Positions 58,890 through 64,000 of a stretch of DNA of 64,000 nucleotides are shown here, piece by piece. The stretch is from NCBI GenBank assembly GCA_039621445.1, contig CP154954.1, positions 36,131,703 through 36,195,702 of the forward strand. Reading direction: 5' to 3'. The position numbers and the translations under genes are program-made. How positions within the stretch are numbered: position 1 is the stretch's first letter; each line of letters opens with the position of its first letter. The stretch is from Euglena gracilis (taxonomy: Eukaryota). The notes under the pieces are model-generated. The model saw only the letters and a program-made list of their open reading frames with translations, made no database searches and had not been told where the DNA came from.

Positions 58890-61800
58890 TGCCCTGGAAA
58901 AAAATGTTATGAGTGTGGGAAAACGGGACATCTGGCACGATATTGCTGGTGCAGAAAGGGACAGGGGAAGAGGGCGGCCACACCCCCACGGCGGGGGAGT
59001 GCCTGAAAAAGCGGGGGCCAGCAGGGAGGGGACGGGGACCCAGGGTGCCCCCAGCAGAGCCCTCGGAAGGGGTGTAAGGAAAGGGTTCACGCAGACGGTT
59101 GGGTTTTGGTCAAGGTCCAAAGGCAGATCCGGACCTGAACCTGAGATCTGTGGCCCCGCACCGGCTGCAGGGCTGGTCCACCGAGGGGCCACTCCGGGGG
59201 CTCCTCGGGGGTTGGGGACCTGGCTGCGCGAAACTCGGAGCCGCCCTTGCCAGCTCCCTTGCCGAACCCCTTCCCCTTTTGCCCCGGGCTGGGTGACCTG
59301 CGTCCCTCCCGTCCCTTTCCAGGCGACCCGCCCCGGTGCCGTGATTGCCTGTCCTGTGACCCCTCAGGGCCTTTGGGGGGTCCAGCCTTTGCTCCTCCCT
59401 CAGCTGGCTGTGAAATCGTTTTCTGGGGCTGGGCTGGCCTTGCTTCCTGGGATTTTACCTTAGACACTGAAAAATTGTCGAGGCCCCCAGCCCAGTGGGT
59501 GACAGAAAAATTTTGAAGAAAATCAGCAAGGTGCGGGCCATGATCCTGCAGGTGCCTGCAGAAGCAGGTGAAACGGAAGAATTTTTGTTTGAAGACGAAA
59601 CAGTTTTAGAAAATCTGGCCCAGCATCTGGAAACCAGAAAACGCAAAGCCCCACAGGGGGTCCAGGGGGTGATAGCTGTGCCTGAAGGGCGGTCCTCCTG
59701 GTGGGCTGGGACCCCCCGTCCACCCCAAGAACGCCGTAGCTGTCAGACCGTTCCTGGCACCGCAGCTCATTTTCAGCGTGTCGAAAAACTTCTTCCAATC
59801 CCAGCTTTGTTTCGTGGGGGGTGATTTTCACTGTATTTCCCCCCTGCAGTGTGGCCCCGTTCCTCATCATCAGCCTCTCCAGCGCCCGCCGGCTGTACAT
59901 CTTGATGAGGAAGGAGTCCCGGTGGGCCCTGACTGTCACCGGCTCCCCCTCCCCGACAGCCTCCTGGGCGAGCTGTGTTGCCTTTTCCGCCATCAACCCA
60001 GGGACGTGCCACAGCCGCACTGTGGGCGCATCCTGATTTTTTCGTCTCTGTTCCCTGATTATTGCCCTACACATGGAATCTGGGAGCTGCTGCAGAACCA
60101 GAGCCTGTGCTTCCTCCTCAGAGGGGTTTTCCATCCGGCAGAAAATTAATTTAAACTGGCTTTCATATTCACGCCACGCTGGGAAGGTTAACTTTCCCGT
60201 GTTGACCGGTCTGAGGGCCCTGAGCTGCTCATGCAGCGAGGCCTGGATGTCACCGCCGTATTTCTGGGCCAGCCAGTTCCAGAAATCCTGGAACCTGACC
60301 CGTTCCCCCATCTCCTGTCGCCGCTGGAGTTCCAGCCGGCTGCTGTGGTCCAGGCAGCCGGTCAGAACAAGCATTTTAAATTCCTCCCCCACTGGCTGTC
60401 CCATGGAAACCTGCTGCATGTAGGGCTGAAATTTTACTGAAAAATCATTAAAATCACCTTTCAGCTCTGGTTTTACAAAGTCTTTGGTGAGGAGTGTCGC
60501 CAGCGGTCCCAAAAACGTGCTGGCTGCTGGGCTGGGGGCTGCTGGCGCCACGTGGACTGGAGCTGCCTGGACGCCCCGGACCCAGGCTCCCGTGTCCTGG
60601 GACCCAAAGGCCAGAGGGGCAGCGCTGCACGATGCTGCACCAGCCTCAGGGGCCCAGGCGAAAGGGTCCATTGCCCCCGTGAACTCCCGGAACCCACGGG
60701 GCTGGGGGGGCCACTGGTGCTCGGCTGATTTCACCCTAGGTTGATCCCTGCCCTGGCCCTGTAGATCTGCTGTGCTTGCTGCCTGTGGTTTCGCTGTGCT
60801 GGACTGTCCCGTTGTTCGTGAATTTTGCTGAGACTGTTGCTGCTGCTCCTGGGCTCCCAACCCGGCCAAAAATTTAAAAAATGCGTGAGCCTTAATCTGG
60901 TGTTCCGCTTCCTCCCAATCCACCCCCTGGAACCCGAACGTGCCAGGTGTCTGGGCAGCTGGGGTCCCTCCAGCAGCGCGGACCTGGACCGGACTGCCCC
61001 CCGCAGCCATGGGACCCTTGAGCTGGGTGCCCCCCGCAGTCCTCCTGGGACCCTGGGGCTGGCTGCCCCCCGCAGCCCTGGGACCCTGGGGCTGGCTGCC
61101 CCCCGCAGCCGTGGGGCCCTGGGGCAGGCTGCCCCCCGCAGCCATGGGATCCGGGGCTGGCTGCCCCTTGGTCTGTGGGGGCCAGAACCCGAAAACCCAT
61201 TGGGAAAAACTGCAGTCACAGAAGCTGGGCCCGGGGATACCACTTCCCCGGGAATTTGGGTCACTGTCTCCGCTGCTCCGCTGCTGGTGCCAGCAGAGAG
61301 CCCCTGGGGGGCCACAGGTCCCTTGCCTCCCAGCAGGCTGGGATGGGCTGGGAGCTGGTGCTGGGGGCCAGGAGGCATATTGCCCCCCGCGGCACCCGAG
61401 CCATTGGCACTCTGGGCCCCCGGCATGGGCTGTGTCTGGTCTGTGGTTGCCGGGGCACTCTGGCTTCGAGGCCTTGGGGGTCTTCGCTCTCCGGCCCCAC
61501 TCCTCTGGGTTGCCCTGGTAGCTCCTGGATGTGGGGGGCAAAATTTTACAAAATTCTCGATTTTGGTTTCCAAAACGGAAAGCCGATTTTTTATTTCGGC
61601 ATTTTCTTTTGTTACCCCCTTTATTGTTGAGTCCACCTCCAGGAGCAGGGCGTTGTGGGCCTGGATCACCTGCCCGTGGGTGGTGACCTCGGCCCACAGC
61701 TCCTGCAGGCTGTGGCCCTGCCCCTCAGCCCTGGCCCTTAGCTCCCTTATGTCTTCCCTTATGGTCCCTTGTTGTTCAGCGATGGCTGTGGCCTGTCCGT

Positions 61801-63110
61801 CCAGCTCTGCTCGAAAATTTTGCAGGGCCTGTGCAATCCCTGCATTTCTTTGTCGCAGCCCCCGGAGTTCACCCGTCAGCTGATTCAATTTTTGGTCCAG
61901 GGTCTCGGCCTGGGCCTGCTGCCGCCCGCTGGCCAGCTCCTGGCTTCTCATCACCTCCTCCGTTGTCCGGACGGAGGTGATGAGCAGCTCCTCAAAATTT
62001 TTTACCCGCCCAGCCATCGCCTCGTTAAACCCCTGTCCCTCGCCTGGCTGGTGACCCTGGCTGACGATGGCCTCGAGCACTTGGACCGCTGGGCTAGTTG
62101 GGCCACAGTCCCGAGGCCCTCGCTCAGCCGGGTGGTCACCAGCTCGCTCAGGGCCGTCATCCCCCCAAAAAAAATTTCCATCTGCTTCTGCTGCAGATTT
62201 TGAAAATTTTCAGCCAGCTGGGACGCTAGCCCAGCCAGGGTTCTTTCCATTTGCTGCACCACTCCTTGAAAATTTTCAATGACCCGCTGAAACTGCAGGG
62301 ACACCAACTGCTCCAGGCGGCTAACTGAAGCAGCTGTGGTGGCCCCCGCTTCGGCAAGCCGACCTTGCAGTTCGCCAACCCAACCGTCCAACCGCTGGAT
62401 CTCCTGCCCCAGAACACCGAGGTGGCGGCCTGAGCCTCCGCCTCCTCCCACAACCTCTGGGGGGGGGGGGGCGGGGGCTGCCTCCCCTTCGGGGTCTGTT
62501 TTGGCACCAAACCCTCCTGGGCCGTCTGGCCCTCGTCCTCCCCCATTTGCCCTGATGGGGGCAGCTCCTGCAGCTGCCATTGGGTGATTCCGTCTGGGGC
62601 ATGTCCTTGGGGCCCATCATGCCCGGGCCCGGCATGCACCAGCGAGCAATGGTCGGGTCCGGCTGGGAAATGCCCAGACCCGACATGGCTCACCGGCGCA
62701 TGTGCCGGACCGGCATCCCCAGGGTTTTTAGATGGCCCCGCTTGCAGTAGAACGGGCTGGGCCTGGCTTGCAAATTCTTCTTCGTCTTCTTCTTCTGGTT
62801 CTTGCTCTTCTTCTGTGATCTTCCCCCGCATGACGAATTGCCACATGACCTGCCTGGTCATGTCATGCACAAACTCTGGCATGACCAGGCTGGGCATGCC
62901 GGAGAGTAGTCCCAGGCTGCCGGGAAGTGCCAAGCCGGACCCAGAAGATTGTTGCTGCTGGGGGTCCGGCTGGGCTGGCCCGCAATGGCCAGGAGCTGCT
63001 GGCCCAGTTCGTAATGGCTGGGGCTGTCATGGCTGTGGCAGGTGTCGTCTTCCTCCTCTTGGTAATCTGGGAGTTCCCCAGGCTCACATAGTGTGAGCCC
63101 AGAGGGCTCA
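58890..63110 (-). pseudogene. gag: gag-like region, copy B (with internal inversion and a foreign insert)
   Basis: Homologous to copy A 17740-20860; ORF pieces 59523-61697, 60731-62080 and 62226-62933. Confidence 0.8.
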
Positions 63111-63128
63111 AACCCCCCTCTCCTACCA

Positions 63129-63788
63129 TGTAGGGGTTTCCCCTCCTGAGGTCCCTGCGAAGGGACCCCTGGCGGCGCAACCCGCGTAGGATCCTTTAAA
63201 GTTGAGCCCGGCGGGCCCACCTGGTGGGGGATTTTCCCTTGGTAGAAACGTGGGGTAGGGGGGATGTTGGATGTTGAGGATGATTTGAAAATGACATACT
63301 TTTGAGGTCCAATATATTGATCTTGGATGAATAACCAACAATAATCAATGACTTGAACTTGTTATTTGTAAATTGAATCTCCTTGATTTGAACCTTGAAT
63401 TCCCTTGCAAGCAAACAATTGGTGAACACAAATGGCAGTATGTGAACAGAGCCCTGTGAACAGAAAATGTACAATTGGAGGGGGGCTACATCTGGGGGGG
63501 CTACTTGGTATACTTTGCGCAATTCTTAATGAATTGCGCCATCTGAGCGCCCACCAAGGGGGTGTGCATGCTTGCGCAAAGCCGAGCAGGGTTGCCTTTT
63601 GGCCCCCTCAACCTGCCCCCTCCTTCACCTTCCCTTGGCTTGGTCAAAATGGGCTGTGGGGCCCACTTGGGGGCCAGTGGGGCCTCAAAAGGCCCTTGGG
63701 GGCCTTGGAGCCCCCTCGCGGCGCTTGGTGGTCCCTTTTCGCCCCCTTGGGGCCCCTCCTTGGGGCGGGCACCCTCGGACCGCGCAAA
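63129..63788 (-). repeat. 5' LTR of copy B
   Basis: Direct repeat of 50617-51257 with many substitutions and indels; followed on the minus strand by TGGTAGGAGAG. Confidence 0.93.
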
Positions 63789-64000
63789 CCTTTGCAACAT
63801 TTAGGTAAAGGATCGCCGACCCCTAGCCGGGGCAGAGCGCCCGTTTTTGGAGCGCCAACGCAGCCGATTTCCGCCGAAAATGGCCGAAATATGTCGTTTT
63901 TTGGTGGCGTCCGTTACCAACGTGCTATTTTGCGCCTCCCGGGCGGTAACTGCTGCGTTTTACGCAGGCCGGCCGCGGGCAAAATTGCGCCTGTCCGGCC
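63789..64000 (-). repeat. 216-bp satellite subfamily II
   Basis: Resumes in register with the monomer broken at 50616. Confidence 0.95.

Larger units (their letters stand above)
50617..63788 (-). mobile_element. full-length Gypsy copy B, same double-MTase family as copy A, older and more degenerate (TSD CATT/CCTT)
   Basis: LTRs 50617-51257 and 63129-63788; PBS 63111-63128; PPT 51258-51268; collinear with copy A in reverse complement. Confidence 0.96.

Overview
Eukaryotic heterochromatin-like window with no host gene that I can support. The backbone is a GC-rich 216-bp tandem satellite: a homogeneous subfamily at 1086-33536 and a diverged subfamily from 41201 to the end, with five orientation switches. 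It is interrupted by nested mobile elements. (1) The 5' end of a minus-strand LTR element (1-1084). (2) Two non-autonomous LTR elements (14957-16285, 30173-33027) with a Tf1-like self-priming signature instead of a tRNA PBS. (3) Two full-length copies of a chromodomain Ty3/Gypsy family (17050-29895 +, 50617-63788 -) whose pol carries a Dam-like N6-adenine methyltransferase AND a C5-cytosine methyltransferase in tandem upstream of the protease. (4) A truncated second Gypsy family, also with a C5-MTase (33537-40650). (5) A TIR element containing a 5'-truncated LINE fragment (43637-46844). (6) A ~330-bp insert with a tRNA-like Pol III promoter (49540-49871). The most notable system is the double-methyltransferase, chromodomain Gypsy sitting in a candidate centromeric satellite. 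All copies here carry stops or frameshifts, some of which may be homopolymer sequencing errors. Coordinates were read by eye and domain calls rest on motif recognition, not database searches.
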